Below, in pieces: positions 36,109 to 49,597 of a DNA stretch of 64,000 nt; the stretch's first letter is position 1, and each line of letters begins with the position of its first letter. The notes beneath the pieces were generated by a model. It was not told where the DNA came from, did no database searches, and worked only from the letters and a program-made list of their open reading frames with translations. Position numbers and translations under genes: made by a program. Source of the stretch: Eledone cirrhosa. Its lineage: Eukaryota. The stretch spans positions 202,926,001 to 202,990,000 of the forward strand of contig OZ024742.1 in NCBI GenBank assembly GCA_964016885.1. Direction: 5' to 3'.

Positions 36109-39100
36109 TTAAATATAGAGCTTGTCCAATCAGGTCTGACCTAAAGTTAAACCACATCAATAGCTTTTATTAACACTAAATACTAGGCTGAGGTAACCAC
36201 CACTGAAGATAACTACAAAGATAAGTCATCAAAAAAAATCTTCTATCTGCTTGATTGGCCTGCTAGAAATAGCAACCAAATCTCCCTAAAAAATCCCCCT
36301 CCCCACCGTTTTAGTGAAGGACATGCTGTATAATGTGATCATCAGCTTCCTGCACGTATGATAGAAGATGAATTATCATGGCTGGTAGGCCTTTGATTAT
36401 AGTTATACTGTGTCAGGGATGACCTGAATCTAAACAACACACATACAGGATAATATACATGATATATACTGCATTGGAGAGATTAGAAGGCACAGTTATT
36501 TTCCTAAAGAATGTAAAAAAAAAATCAGGAAAAGGAAAGAAAAGAAGTCAGATTAGAGGAAGGAAGCAATATTTCTATTGTAAGTCCCATTATAAGCATC
36601 ACTGAGTCCTTTTTGAGACATGTTTTTACAGTCGGAATCCCTTAGCCTCAACATGTTTAGTTATCTCAAAGAAAGTGTGTATCTATTCTAAAGTGGAGAC
36701 AATATAATATAATATAATTGTTTCTAATTTTGGCACAAGGCCAGAAATTAACCCAGTGCATTACTGGTACTTTATTTTATCAACCCCGTAAGGGATCTGA
36801 ACTCTGAATGGCAAGGGTCGTAACTCAATGCATCAAAGCATGGTGTCCGACCCTCTACCGATAGAATCCACCGCCATATGATATAATATAATATAGACTA
36901 ACTCATTTTATATGGTGATATGTAAACAAAATTTTAACGATTTATATTTTGTTTATTTTTTTTACCTATACTTACATGTAATTAAATTGGCTTTGAGACA
37001 AAAATTCCATAATAGATTTGTGTATATTTGTGTGTATGAAGGTATTAAGTTGTGTATGAAACACCACATTAATATAGCAACAAGTAAATAAATAAAAAAA
37101 TAACAATTACAAAAATGAAATATTAATTAAAAAATAGTTAAAGTTGCTTTACGAAACCTGTGTTAATTCAAGATTATTTTGAATGCATAAGTGGCTGAGT
37201 ATTCCACAGAGATGTACATGAAACATAATTCTGAAGGAGATTCAGTGTGTCACAATATGTAATGAGCCTGGTCCTTTGAATTAGAACAGTCCATCCAAAT
37301 AGTTTCTGTGTACACAATCTCTCTCACAAAGCATATTTCCAAAGAAAACACTGCCGAGAATTTTGAAAATAATAAAGAGTTTGCAGGCGTTTTTGTAATG
37401 TAACTAATTTTCTCACTATAAAGTTGGTGTTCAAAACAACTTATTGTATTTCCCGGCGCCGAAGACACTTCATCCTTGAGGACGCACCCTAATTTTGACA
37501 ACCAAAAATTTGAATAGAATACTAAACAACCTTCAGCCTCCAGGACGCATGGTAGATTTTTGAGACTTAATTTAGGAAAAAAGTAGCATCTTTGACGCCC
37601 GGAAATACGATATATGTATTAAATAAAATTAAAATAGAAGTGTTTGAACATTTGAAAATAAACAGCTTTGTATCATAGAACTAAGGCAACAAATTAACAG
37701 AATTATTAGAACATTGGATAGAATGGTTTGTGGTATTCATTTCTGCTCTCTATTCTGTGAGTTTAAATCCTGCCAGGTTCAACTTTACCTTTCATCCACT
37801 CAAGGTAGATTAAAAAAAGTACCATTCTTGTACTGGAGTCGAATCTTCCTCTATATATCTTTCTTATGTCCATTCTCCCACTCTATCCTTCTCTGGAAGA
37901 AATCTGCTGTATTTAAACCTGGAGAGGAGATAGGCTCTGCTAGGTTTTAAAATGCCCTAGAAATGCTGTATGTCAATAGGGTGCCCCTATGACTCCCCCA
38001 GGAGTTACGGGACCATGGAAACATGTATCATAGAACTAACAGCAGTTTAAAAATGAAACATTGGATTATGTGGAAAGAAAATAAAAGGAATGGTCAAATC
38101 TGGAACTCCTTACATCACAAGTCTATTCGATCAGTACTAAACTGAGGCTAAACTATATTAACATCTACAAACCAAATATTTCCACCACCTCCACATAGAC
38201 AATCAAACTCACATTCAAACATCCTACACACTGAGATCCTAAAGCCATGCAGTTTTATAACTAGCTACCATGGTAACAGGGAGGTAAAAACCATAACATC
38301 AGAGAGGTAACACCATAGAAAGAGTGTGGTAATGTCATAGTAATAGAGTGGTAACATCATAACAACAGGATGGTAAAACGAAGCTAACACTATAGCAACA
38401 CCATAGCAACAGTGTGGTGACACTATAGTAAAAGGCACTGTCGGAGTGGATCAAAATTGCATAGGGTCCTCTGGATAAAAATGTAATTGAGGTTCTTGCG
38501 TCAAACTGATTTTAATACAATATATTACTGGCAGAGTTCTCAGTATTTGCCCTGACTCTTTATTTTCTGAGTTCAAATCCTGTTGAGGATAATTATGCCT
38601 TCTGCCCCTCTGGGGTAAATAATATAAAGTACTAGTCAAGTACTAGTGTTGATGTAATTAAGTTTGTCCTTCCCTAAATTTTCTGGCATCATACCTAAAT
38701 TAGAAATCAATATAATATATTATTTATGGCAGCAAAAAATATTAATTTTGAGGCTATTAGATATTGTGGGGTTTCTGGCTATATCCTGGATAAATTAAGG
38801 TTAAAGTCTGTCCTCAGCCTAGAGACTCACCTGGCCAAAACTTATTTGGATTTCATTGGCATTAACTGGTGAAGAATGCAAGTTTTCCAACTAAACAGAA
38901 CACCTGTCCATTTGAGAATAAAGTATTTCCCCAGCCCAGAGGTTCATCAGGCCAGAAATTGTTTTTGTTTATTGACATTAAGAGGCTGAAAATACAAGAC
39001 TTAGCTTTAGACAAGATGCCAGCCCATCACAGATTTAATGTTTGTCCGAAGCTCATCAGCACAAAGCTTTTCTGGGTTTCATTAACATTAAGTGACTAAG

Positions 39101-39802
39101 AGTACAAGACACCCATCCCTTCTAGATAGTAAACCTGACTGTTGTAAGGTGAATCCCTAACTACCATTGCTGGTAAATTTTTACAGTTGAGTGGACTGTT
39201 GCAATGTGAAATAATGTATCTTGCTTTAGGACACAACTTGCCATGCAATCTGGAAATCGAACTTACTGCCTTATGATAGTGTGCCCAACACCCTAAGCAT
39301 GAGGCCACATGCCCTCCCCAGTGTAGTATCAGGGTGGTAACAACAAAAAGAAAGAATTTATAAATGTGGAAATAATAGTACTATAGTAGTATATATATTT
39401 TATATATACTCCCTTGTGTATGTTTGTGTGTGAGCTTGTGTATGTGTACGTTTAAATGTGTGTAAATATACAAATGTTTGTAGATACATGTATGCATGTG
39501 AATAACTGTCTGTAGGTGTACATATGTGTGTGAATGTGTGTTTCTAAGTCTGTGTGTGTATTTGTATATGTAGGTATGTGTGTGTTTGTAAGTATGTGTG
39601 AGTATATTCATAGGAAGAATAAGAATGAGGAGGAGAGGGATGTGGTGAGAAATATTTTGGCATTGGCTGGTTGCCAAATATAAAGAAATGTGTTGATATG
39701 TTCCATTCTCTTCAACATTCCCTGATTATAGACTACCTCACTACCTGCTTCACTCACCGACCTCAGCAGAACTATCAGCCATAATTATCAGCCACGTGTG
39801 TT

Positions 39803-39860
<58 letters not shown>

Positions 39861-40237
39861 AGTGTCTGTAACACTTTAAAATTTATACACAGAGACATAG
39901 ACACAATGCATTTCTCATCTCAGTCATGTTGCAACAATAAGAATTTCACTTTCCAATCAAAAAGTGCTGGCTTCTAACCCTGCAAATAGTTATTTCTCCA
40001 AAATTACTCATACATTTAATCTTGTATGTCATCTGTATGTATATGCTAAACAATTATATAATTATATCCTAGAAATAAATTATCAAAATATCACTTCCAT
40101 GTGTCAGCCATCAACACAAGCTATAGGGTTTCTCTTATGCAAACTATTAATTTATCAAACCACAAATTTCCCAGTTACTATGTTCATATATCTGGTAACC
40201 CTGATATATATGGCATACCAATACATTTAACACTATG

Positions 40238-41460
40238 TCGAGGTTAACTTTGCCTTTCATCCTTACGGAGTCGATCAAATAAAGTACCAGTAATGCACTG
40301 GGATAATTGCTGGCCTGTGCCAAAAATAGAAACAATTATTGATGGCACTAGTCCACCAGTAATTATAGTTTCTAGCAAAAGCACAAAGCCAGTAATTTGG
40401 AGGAATTAAATCAACCCCATTATTTTACTGGTACTTTATTTTATTGACCATGGAAGGATGAGAGGCAAAGCTGACCACCGCAGGATTTGAACTGAGAATA
40501 TACTATACAAGCCATAACTAAATGCTATAAAGAATTTTGCTTAATGCTATAACAATTTCACCAATTCACTGCTCAAAGGTTTAAAGCAATAATAATAATA
40601 ATGAATTTTAGTTTAGGGACATAGCCAGCAATTTTGTGGGTGGAGAAATTGATTAGATTGACTCCAGTACATGACTGGTACTTTATTTCACCAACCTCAG
40701 AAGGATGAAAGGCAAAGTTAACCTCAGTGGATTTGAACTTCAATTATAAAGAGCCATAATAAGATACCCCAAAACACTTGATCTGATGCTCAAAGGATTT
40801 TGCCATTCTATTACTCTAATAATAATAGTTTCTGATTTAGGCACGAGACCAGCAATTTTTTGTGTGTGTGTGGGGGGGGGGGGGATTAAAATCGACGCCA
40901 GTACTTTATTTTGTCGACCCTTTAAGGATGAAAGAAAAAGATTCGGCAAGATTTCCACTATAGACACAAGGCCAGAAATTTGGGGAGAGGGGAAAGTCGA
41001 TTAAATCTCCCCCAGTGCATTACTGGTGCTTTATTTTAATGACCCTGTAAAGATGAAAGGCAAAGCTAACCTTGGCAGGATTTGAAATAACAATAATAAT
41101 TGTTTCTACTTTTGGCACAAGGCCAGCAATTACCCAAGTGCATTACTGGTACTTTAATTTATCGACCTCCTAAGGATGAATGGCTAAGTTAACCTCGGCA
41201 AGATTTGAACTCGGACTGTAAAGGGCCGTAACCATGCTGGAAAGCATCGCATCTGACCCTCTACCGATACTAGCAATCCACCGCCCTTAACAACAATAAT
41301 AATAATAATTGTTTATACTTTAGGCACAAAACCAGAAATTTGAAAGGGAGGAGAATGTCAATTAAATCAACATCAGTGTATTACTGATGTTTCATTTTAT
41401 CAACCCCGGGAGGATGAAAAGCAAAGCTAACCTCAGTGGGATTTGAACTCAGAACATAAA
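40238..41460 (-). mobile_element. Cluster of about 7 SINE family B copies (mostly minus strand)
   Basis: Repeated GGCACAAGGCCAG..CTGGTACTTTATTTT..GACCC..GGATGAAAGGCAAAGYTAACCTC..GATTTGAAC blocks separated by (AAT)n; complete copy about 41095-41288. Confidence 0.88.
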
Positions 41461-41496
41461 GAATAATAATTATTATTATTATTAAGATTTCTTTAA

Positions 41497-41704
41497 CTCT
41501 TTAGCATTTACATTACTCTATATTTACTATTGTATTTTTGTGGTAAAGGCTTTATCTCACGTAATATTGAATCTACGAGATTTTGATATTATTTATTTCA
41601 AGAACAATACCTTAACATCAGTATCAGTGGCCAATTATGAGTAGTTTGAACAGAAAGAGGTGAGAGAATTCTGGCCGAATATGGCTAGTTTAAATGCTAA
41701 AGGG
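41497..41704. mobile_element. TTAA-flanked piggyBac-type MITE
   Basis: TTAA|CTCTTTAGCATTT...AAATGCTAAAGGG|TTAA. Confidence 0.88.
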
Positions 41705-41799
41705 TTAAACACAAGGGGCTCAAATCAAGAAAAACATTAAGGACAGCACAGGACAAAATATAGAGTTTGAGAATTTTATGTGTAAACAGATTTAATAAT

Positions 41800-42470
41800 A
41801 ATAAAGAGAAAGTAGTAATAACATTTTAACAATACGTATTCTGCAATAGGGTGGAGACGGCAAAAGGGTTACTTCAGGAAAAACTTCATAAAACCATGGT
41901 TATTCAGGCCGCTAGGGCAAGTGCCCTCGCTCAGTTCTTTAGCTCCAATTTACAGGTGTATACTCAGGGGAAGCCCATTCACTCAGACTGTCCTTGCCAC
42001 TCTCATCCACCTTTCAACAATATGGCAGAAAGGCAATATTTCTCTCTTTCTGGCCTGATTTTCCTCAACAAGTGAAACCTGAAGAAATTGATGAACAATT
42101 CACCAAAGAGGAAAGTGTTTATCTTCAGCCCATTTAATCGTATCCATCATACAACCTCTTTCACCATGGCCACCAGGCATATAGAAACTGCCTGCCCTTT
42201 CCAAATAAACAAAGGCAGCTGGGCGATCCTCATGATGGATTCAGTCAATAGATGAAGCTATCCTACATGTGACAGCAGATGTTCAACATAAACCTATAGG
42301 CCAGCATTACTTAGGCACCGCCTAGGTTAACTTTGCCTTTCATCCTTACGGGGTCGATAAAATAAAGGTAATTGCTGGCCTTGTGCCAAAAGTAGAAACA
42401 ATTACTTAGGCACTGAACGAGTGTTTGTAGGATAGTTTCATCATCCAGCACACATCTTGGACATGCTGAA
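41800..42470 (-). mobile_element. L1/Tx1-type LINE ORF2 C-terminal remnant, with a SINE B piece inserted
   Basis: Minus: CPRCVLDDETILQTLVQC knuckle..CLVAMVKEVV*WIRL..INFFRFHL.RK.R.ER..ERW; SINE fragment flanked by 13-bp TSD ATTACTTAGGCAC (42306-42318, 42401-42413). Confidence 0.6.
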
Positions 42471-43424
42471 CTGATGACATTTGATATTGAAGATGATGTG
42501 ATAATGCTAATAATAGTGTTGATGATGATGATTGTGGTAGTGATAATTGACGGAGTAGATAAGTACTGTTGATAATGTTGGTATTAGTCCAGAATATTTG
42601 GTTTACAATATATCTAGTTCACTGTTGGGTACTCTTACGTTTGTTCAGTAAATGAGGAGGCTTCTGCATGGTCAAGAATCCTGCTAGAAATAGCAGTCAA
42701 AATTTCAAATCACACTCTATAGTCTTTAAAAAAATAAAAATAAAAGAAACATTCCTAGATTTATTGTTACTGGAAAGAAAGTGGGGATGATCATGGCTAG
42801 AAATACTTTGATCATAAGTTTACTCATCAACAAGAGCTGACCTGGGGCATAAGCCAGCACCTAGCTTTCTTGCATCCTAGGCTAGCTCTACAATGTACAG
42901 CCTTCACTCAGTTATGTACCCCATTCTTTCAAATAAAATAATTTCAGCTTACAGCTTGGCAAGCTGACAAACCTAGTTTTTGACACTTCTTGCATTCTGG
43001 GCACACTAAGGAAATTATTAATCCTGCATTTTTGCACTCCACAATCCATATCTACCTAGGCTAGGCCATGCAACAGCTCATAACATCATACAGTCTTCTC
43101 CGCTGCTTTTGGTATTTCCACTATACTGTGCTGCTGTGACAAAGATGTTTAGCAATTTACCATATATACTTGAATATAAGCACACACACACCCCTTTTTA
43201 TGTCTAAGAAATGGGCAAACATCCAACATCCAAACCGTGTCTATAAGCCACAGCAGCTAATCAGCACATTATGTTTAGGTGGCATAGTTTTGAAATTCTC
43301 AATGAATATAAAATATATGTAGTTTTAATATTTTGATGTTTAGAGTATAGTTTTTGTTGCAACAAGTTTCTCGGATTTTTACTTACTTCTGGCACTCTCA
43401 TATTAGGACTACTTTGAAAGCAAG

Positions 43425-43770
43425 AGATTGAATAAGAGAACTGACACAGGACCGAGACCTCTGGCATTACGCAGTAATTCAGAAGACCCGACTTCCCATG
43501 AGTACAAGCTGAAGCTGAAGCATATAGACGATATGCCCCAACCCTCTCCCACTGTAAAGTGGAGGTGTAGGCGCCACGGAAAAAAAGCACCCAGTACTCA
43601 TTGTAAATGAGGTTGGTATTAGGAAGGGCATCCAGCTGTAGAAATCAAGTCTAAATCAGTTCCTGTATGAGCAAAACATGGTCATCCGACCTGGCATTAC
43701 CCACAATAGGACAACCTGTCTAACCCACACTAGCGTGGAAGAATGGATGTAAAATGATGATGATGATGAA
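43425..43770 (+). mobile_element. RTE LINE terminal fragment / 3' UTR
   Basis: DRDLWHYAVIQKTRL end plus the same UTR as 2620-2997. Confidence 0.8.
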
Positions 43771-44880
43771 CTTTGAATAAGGTTTCATAGAATAAAAGAG
43801 GGATGAAGAGACAGCAAGTGAGAGAGAGTAGAGGCAGAGTGAGAAAAAGAGAAGGCAAAAGCAAGAAGGAAGAGAGAGAGACAACAATAAAACACAAGTC
43901 AGAAGTAAGAATTCAATCTTAAATAAGATTGAAAGAAATAAGTAAGAGAAAAACATGCATATGTGTGCATGCATGTATGTGTGTACAAAAGGTTCAAATT
44001 ATAAAAATTTGTTGGAAATATGTTCAAGGAAATAACCCCAATGATGTAGAAAAACTGTTTCATTGTAAAAATAATTACTCCAAATATTTTAGCACTTTAC
44101 TTATGTAGAATTTGAAGTAGATGAAAATCGGCAAAATATTGACCTCAAATACAAGCTGACGCCCCATTTTACCATTGATTTTTTTTGTCACATATTTCTC
44201 AACTTATATACAAGAATATATGAGAGAAAGGCAGAGGTTGGATGAGCGGAGTGAAAAGTTGGGTTGAAGAGGAATCTGAGATGGTGTGCAAGAGAGAAGA
44301 CTGCATTGGTGCATGGATGATGATCGGTGGGTGAAGAAATGCCAGGAAATGCCAGTGGATGGAAGCCACAGTAGAAGTAGACCTGGCTGACATGGTGCGA
44401 GCTGACCTCAAATCGCAAAGACTCACAGAAGAGACGACGAATGTATGTGGTAAGTGGAAAGATGCTCTGCTGAAAAGGATCCATCCAACCAATGCAAGTG
44501 TGAAAAAACACATGTAAAAATGATGATGATGATGATGATGATAATATGGTATTTACTGATCACAGGGGATTGTATATATTTAAGTTAATAATACAAATTT
44601 CTATAAAACTGTGATGATTTACAGTTTAGAAATACACCTCACTGAGACCTGCACCATGGATGGCTGCTATTTTGGCCTTAATGGTAGTGTCAGGACTGTC
44701 TTGAGTTAACCAACAACAAGAACATTAGAAGAAGTAACACCACCACCACAAAGATATTGCTATACATCTAAGTGTATTCAATTACACATAAAAGCAATGT
44801 AAAATCTAGTTTACTTAAGCTATACCTAGAAGTATTTTTCAATGTATCAAACACATGCTGTTTAGTATACCAATATTTAA

Positions 44881-45088
44881 CACTTTAGCATTTACATTAC
44901 TCTATATTTACTATTGTATTTTCACAGTAAAGGCTATATCTCACATAATATTGAATCTATGAGATTTTGATGTTATCTATTTTGAGAACAATACCTTAAC
45001 ATCAGTATGAGCAGCCAGTTATGGCCAGTTTGAACAGAACGAGGTGAGAGAATTCTGGCCGGATACAGCTGGTTTAAAAACTAAAGGG
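44881..45088. mobile_element. TTAA-family MITE
   Basis: Same internal sequence as 41497 and 62083. Confidence 0.85.
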
Positions 45089-47406
45089 TTGAGTTATATT
45101 TTTCATTTTTCTCTTTTAATCTCATCCCTTTTGTTAACATATTTCTAATGAAAGGCACTACTACCCACAATTTTAAAATAATTTTGAAAATAATCAATAA
45201 TTTGGAGGAATATAGTAATATAGTAATAAAACTAACTTCTTCATAATTAAACTGGTATTTGCAGCATAAATTTAAAAAAATCATGATGAAAGGTTTTAAG
45301 ATAGATACTTTAACCCTTCTGTTACTATATTTCTGCACCAGGATGGATTAGAACGACCTCGTCTTGATCATATGTTCCATAATTCGCATGGATTTTATGG
45401 CTGGATGCCCTTCCTAATCCTAACAGCCTTACAAAGTTTTTAATGGGTGTATTTTTTGTGACACAACTTTACAGAGTTGACTGGTTGTATTTTATCATGA
45501 TACTGGCACTAAATATACAAACTAATCATCATCATCATTGTTTAACATCCATCTTCCACGCTAGCATGGGTTAGATGGTTTTATTCCATTCAATGTGAGA
45601 ATGGTCGGGAGACCATGTCCCGCTTGCACGGAAGTGTCTCTGGCAGGTTTTTTTTTACAGCTGGATGCCCTTCCTAACACCAACCACATTTACAGTGTGG
45701 AGTGGGAGCCTTTTTACCGTGTCTCCTACACGGTAATACAGATATTAATTAAAAGTAATCACTAAGCATATAATGGATAAAGATGTTGGTCTCACATTCA
45801 TATGGTTTGATGTCTGAACTGGGAAGAGAGTTGTGTTTCTGAGCAAAGCACATCCTTTTACAGTGATCCAGTTCACTCAGCTGAAATAAATTAGTAGCAG
45901 TAGTGACAGCTGAGAGTTAAACTTGAGACAAATTGGCATCCCATCCAAGTCGGATAAACCTGTACTATCATTTAACACCACATCAAACCAGGCAAATCTC
46001 CAGCCTGATGAGCCTCTAGACTCAAGAAAGATTCCTGCTTTTAAATTAATAATTATTTCTAATGTAGGCACAAGGTCATTAAATTTGGAGGAAGGAAAAG
46101 TCAATTAAATAGACCCAGTACTTGACTGGTACATTATGTTATCAATCTTGGAAAGATGCTAGCCCAAACTGACCTCAGCAGGATTTGAACCCAGAATGTA
46201 AAAATGCTGTAACTAAATAATTGATTCTACTCTTGACGCAAGGCTAGCAATTACTGGTACTTTATTTCATCGACCCTGTAAGGATGAAAGGTAAAGTTAG
46301 CAGCAGGATTTGAAATCAGAATGTAAAGGGCCATCACACTATGCTGCAAAGCATGGTGTCTGATGCTCTACTGATACTGCCAAATACAAAGCATTTGTCC
46401 AACACTATCGATTCTGTAAATCCACTGTCCTTGTTTTTAAACTAATTATAAGAAAATAATGTAAAACATATAAACTGACAAAGAATAATAGAACTTGTTG
46501 TAAGACTATGATAGAGATTAAGAAGCTGTGTTGTAACATGAGTGATATAACATTTAAAACAGATATGTTAATGTAATATATATCGATAAAAAATACCAGA
46601 TAAACCACCTATGGATCTGTTTTTGCCAACAACTCCTCACTCAAGTGGGCTATGGTGTTCAAAGTATGATTTAAATATAAAATATGATTAAAAGACTGTT
46701 AGTTGGCACTATTAAGTCAGATAAGTCCATTACTGTCCTACTAATGTTATCAAAGTTAATAATAAGAAAACTATGAAATTAAAAGAAGCTAGCAGAATAT
46801 AATAGAATTAATATTGGTGTAAAAATAAGATAGTGATTAAGAAGCTGTGTTGTAACAGCAGTGATGTAGAATATAGCAACAAAAGTAGATACTGAGTAAT
46901 ATATATTGATCCAATATTGTAACAAGCCTACATCATATTCATTGGCCTCATATTTTATGTTGTTTAACAGTACCAGTTCAAGAGAATGTAGGAGCCTCCA
47001 ACACTTTTGATACCAACGCACCCAAAACTGCCTCTGCTTCTATGAAACAAAACAACCATTTTAGAAGATTTCTATTTTACCTTAAAATCTTCCAATATTA
47101 GTTGATATAAGAACCTTTTGTTAAATTATGTTACAGATTCCACCTTAACTCTTTCATGACTGCATTTCTAATGAAATACACTCTATTTTAGTTAATTAAT
47201 GAAGAATTTTGAGGGATTTACTAAAAGTATTAATTATTTCATTACTAAGATAGTAAATTAATTTTGTGCTTATAAAAAAAATTTGTCGTCCATTTCCAGG
47301 GTTTTTTTCCGTGCAAAGAAAATCAATACTTTATCGCGAAATAAATACTTTTGTTTATATTTTGTTATTCTGTATACAAAAATATCTGCACACGAATATA
47401 TTATTA

Positions 47407-48510
47407 CTAGCAGCAGTACCCAGCGTTGCCTGGGTAGGTAAAATGATATCTGCTTTGATGAAAAGGTGTTGATCTTAGCGACTGCTTCTCGATGACTCAT
47501 CTATGGCCACACACAGGCCATGCGGGGGAGGGTGGTCATGACCTCTATCACTGAGAAACGCGGGTGACTGACGAAGGGGCATGCTGGGGGAGGGAGGTAA
47601 TGACCTCTAACACTAAGCCAAATTTCCTCACGCTACTTGATTGGAAACCGATGAATTCTCAAATACACAACTAAAACCTCAGAGGCCATCGTTTTGCCTT
47701 TGACCATCTATAAGATGTGCAATGATAGGTTCTATCGTAGTATAAAAGTTGAACCAAATAAATTGATTTATGTGTGAGGTGGAGCCGAAGTTTCGAATTT
47801 GAACGAAATCGGTTGGAAAATGTGGGAGCTAATGATAGGTTCTATCGTAGTATAAAAGTTGAACCAAATAAATTGATTCATGTGTGAGGTGGAGCCGAAG
47901 TTTCGAATTTGAACAAAATCGATTGAAAAATGTGGGGGCTAGAGTCGAAAAGGCGGAAATTTGAGCGAAAAGGTGGTATTTTCAAATATTTAAGCGGCTG
48001 CCACGCCATTCCTGAACAAAAAATCCAAAATGTAAAGCTACTATAAATCGTGAAATAATCAGATCCAGCGTAGTGTAAAATTTGAACAAAGTAGGTTGAT
48101 TAATGTGGGAGCTAGAGCCGAAAAAGTGGAAATTTTAGTCTAAAAGTGGTATTCTTGAATATTTAAGCCGCTGCCACGCCGCCCCTGAACAACAAATGCA
48201 AAATATAAAGCCATTACAGGATGTGCAATGATAAATTCGATTTTGCTTTAAAATTTGAACGAAATCGGTGGCAAAATGTGGGAGCTAGAGCCAAAAATCT
48301 TATTTTTCGATACCTAAAAAAAGGTGACACCCCCTATCGATTTTTATCTGCCGAATGATCCCAGAATAAAAAGAACGATACGCTGATATATAGAAAACAC
48401 TCCCCTCGACTAATCTATGAGCTTGTAAAGTTTCATAAAAATCGGTCGTAAGATGTAGGCCCCTATAGGTAATACACAGACACACACACATACTTAATTT
48501 TATATATAGA
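47407..48510 (-). mobile_element. Complete non-autonomous Helitron with internal tandem repeats
   Basis: Minus 5' TCTATATATAAAATTAAG..(TG)n; 3' hairpin ACCCAG-N6-CTGGGT then GCTGCTAG|T; 110-bp tandem pair 47721-47940 and about 175-bp repeats 47941-48295. Confidence 0.85.
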
Positions 48511-48949
48511 CATATATATATATATATATATAAATAAAATATAGAGTTATTAACTCATATAGATACCCTGGAATTAACAAGCTCAAAGTATAAATACTGA
48601 GCATTATAATATTAATATGTGTAGAACATTTGTGATGTTATCTACCCTCTGTGTTTACTTCTACACATATTAATATATATATAAAGTTTAAGCAAAGAAT
48701 CGTTGCTTTCACCCTTAACGGGATCTTCTCAAACTAAAATAAAAAAAATATCAATCTGTGAACACAGAAGTAAATATTTCGAAAAACGTTACACACTATA
48801 TACACACACACACACACACACACAGCTACGTCATAATGTCGTGATGCAGACAGTCAGGCATACAGACAGATATTATTATAAGGGCGCGACGTTACAACTA
48901 TGTATCTATCTAAACAGAGAAAGACTAATAATTATAGAGAGAGATCGCT

Positions 48950-49126
48950 AAATCGTCTAATGCAGTGACTAGAGCATTGAAAATTTGAAATTCTTTTGGT
49001 CAAAAGACGCACGGGACCATAAGTATTACATGTGTAAAGTTTGAAAAAACTTGGTTGGGCGGTTCTCGAGTTTTAGTAATTGTAGAGACAGACAGACAAA
49101 CAGACATTCTGTTTTAGTAATATAGA
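48950..49126 (-). mobile_element. 5' fragment of another non-autonomous Helitron
   Basis: Minus a|TCTATATTACTAAAACAGAATGTCTGTTTGTCTGTCTG. Confidence 0.6.
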
Positions 49127-49597
49127 TTATAGCCACACACATTGGGGGTGGTTGCTTTATGGAGTAGATTGGTGGGAGTTATACTGTTCATAAGGGCGTC
49201 ACCCTAGCTAATAAGGGTGCTACTTTGTAATTTTTCGATCTCCTAGAAGTAGCAGCCTGGTCTTCCATAAATGGCACCCTGTCATTAATGAAAACACACA
49301 TGGTAATAATATAAACTGCTATGGACATGGGCAAAGAACTTATAACCATATTATCAAATGTGTGATGTAACGTATATTTGGCTGCTATTTCTAGCATGTT
49401 ATGGAAGATGGTGTGCTGTGTTGGTGGTTGTAGCAGAAGGTGGTGTAGTGGGATGGTAGTGGTAAGTGGTGTGGTTGTAGTGGAAGGCAGTGTTGTGATA
49501 GTGGAAGATGGTATTGAGGTAGTGGTTGTAGTGGTGTGGTCGTAGTGGCAGGATGGTAGTGGTTGTAATGGTGTGGTGGCAGTGAAAGATGGTATTA

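Noticed and set aside
38920-38955. CTGATGA..GAAA on the minus strand (also CTGATGA at 3310, 45944, 57770)
   Set aside because: No convincing stem III/stem I or NUH arrangement
46971-47101. Plus-strand acceptor followed by a short open frame
   Set aside because: No partner exon or recognisable homology
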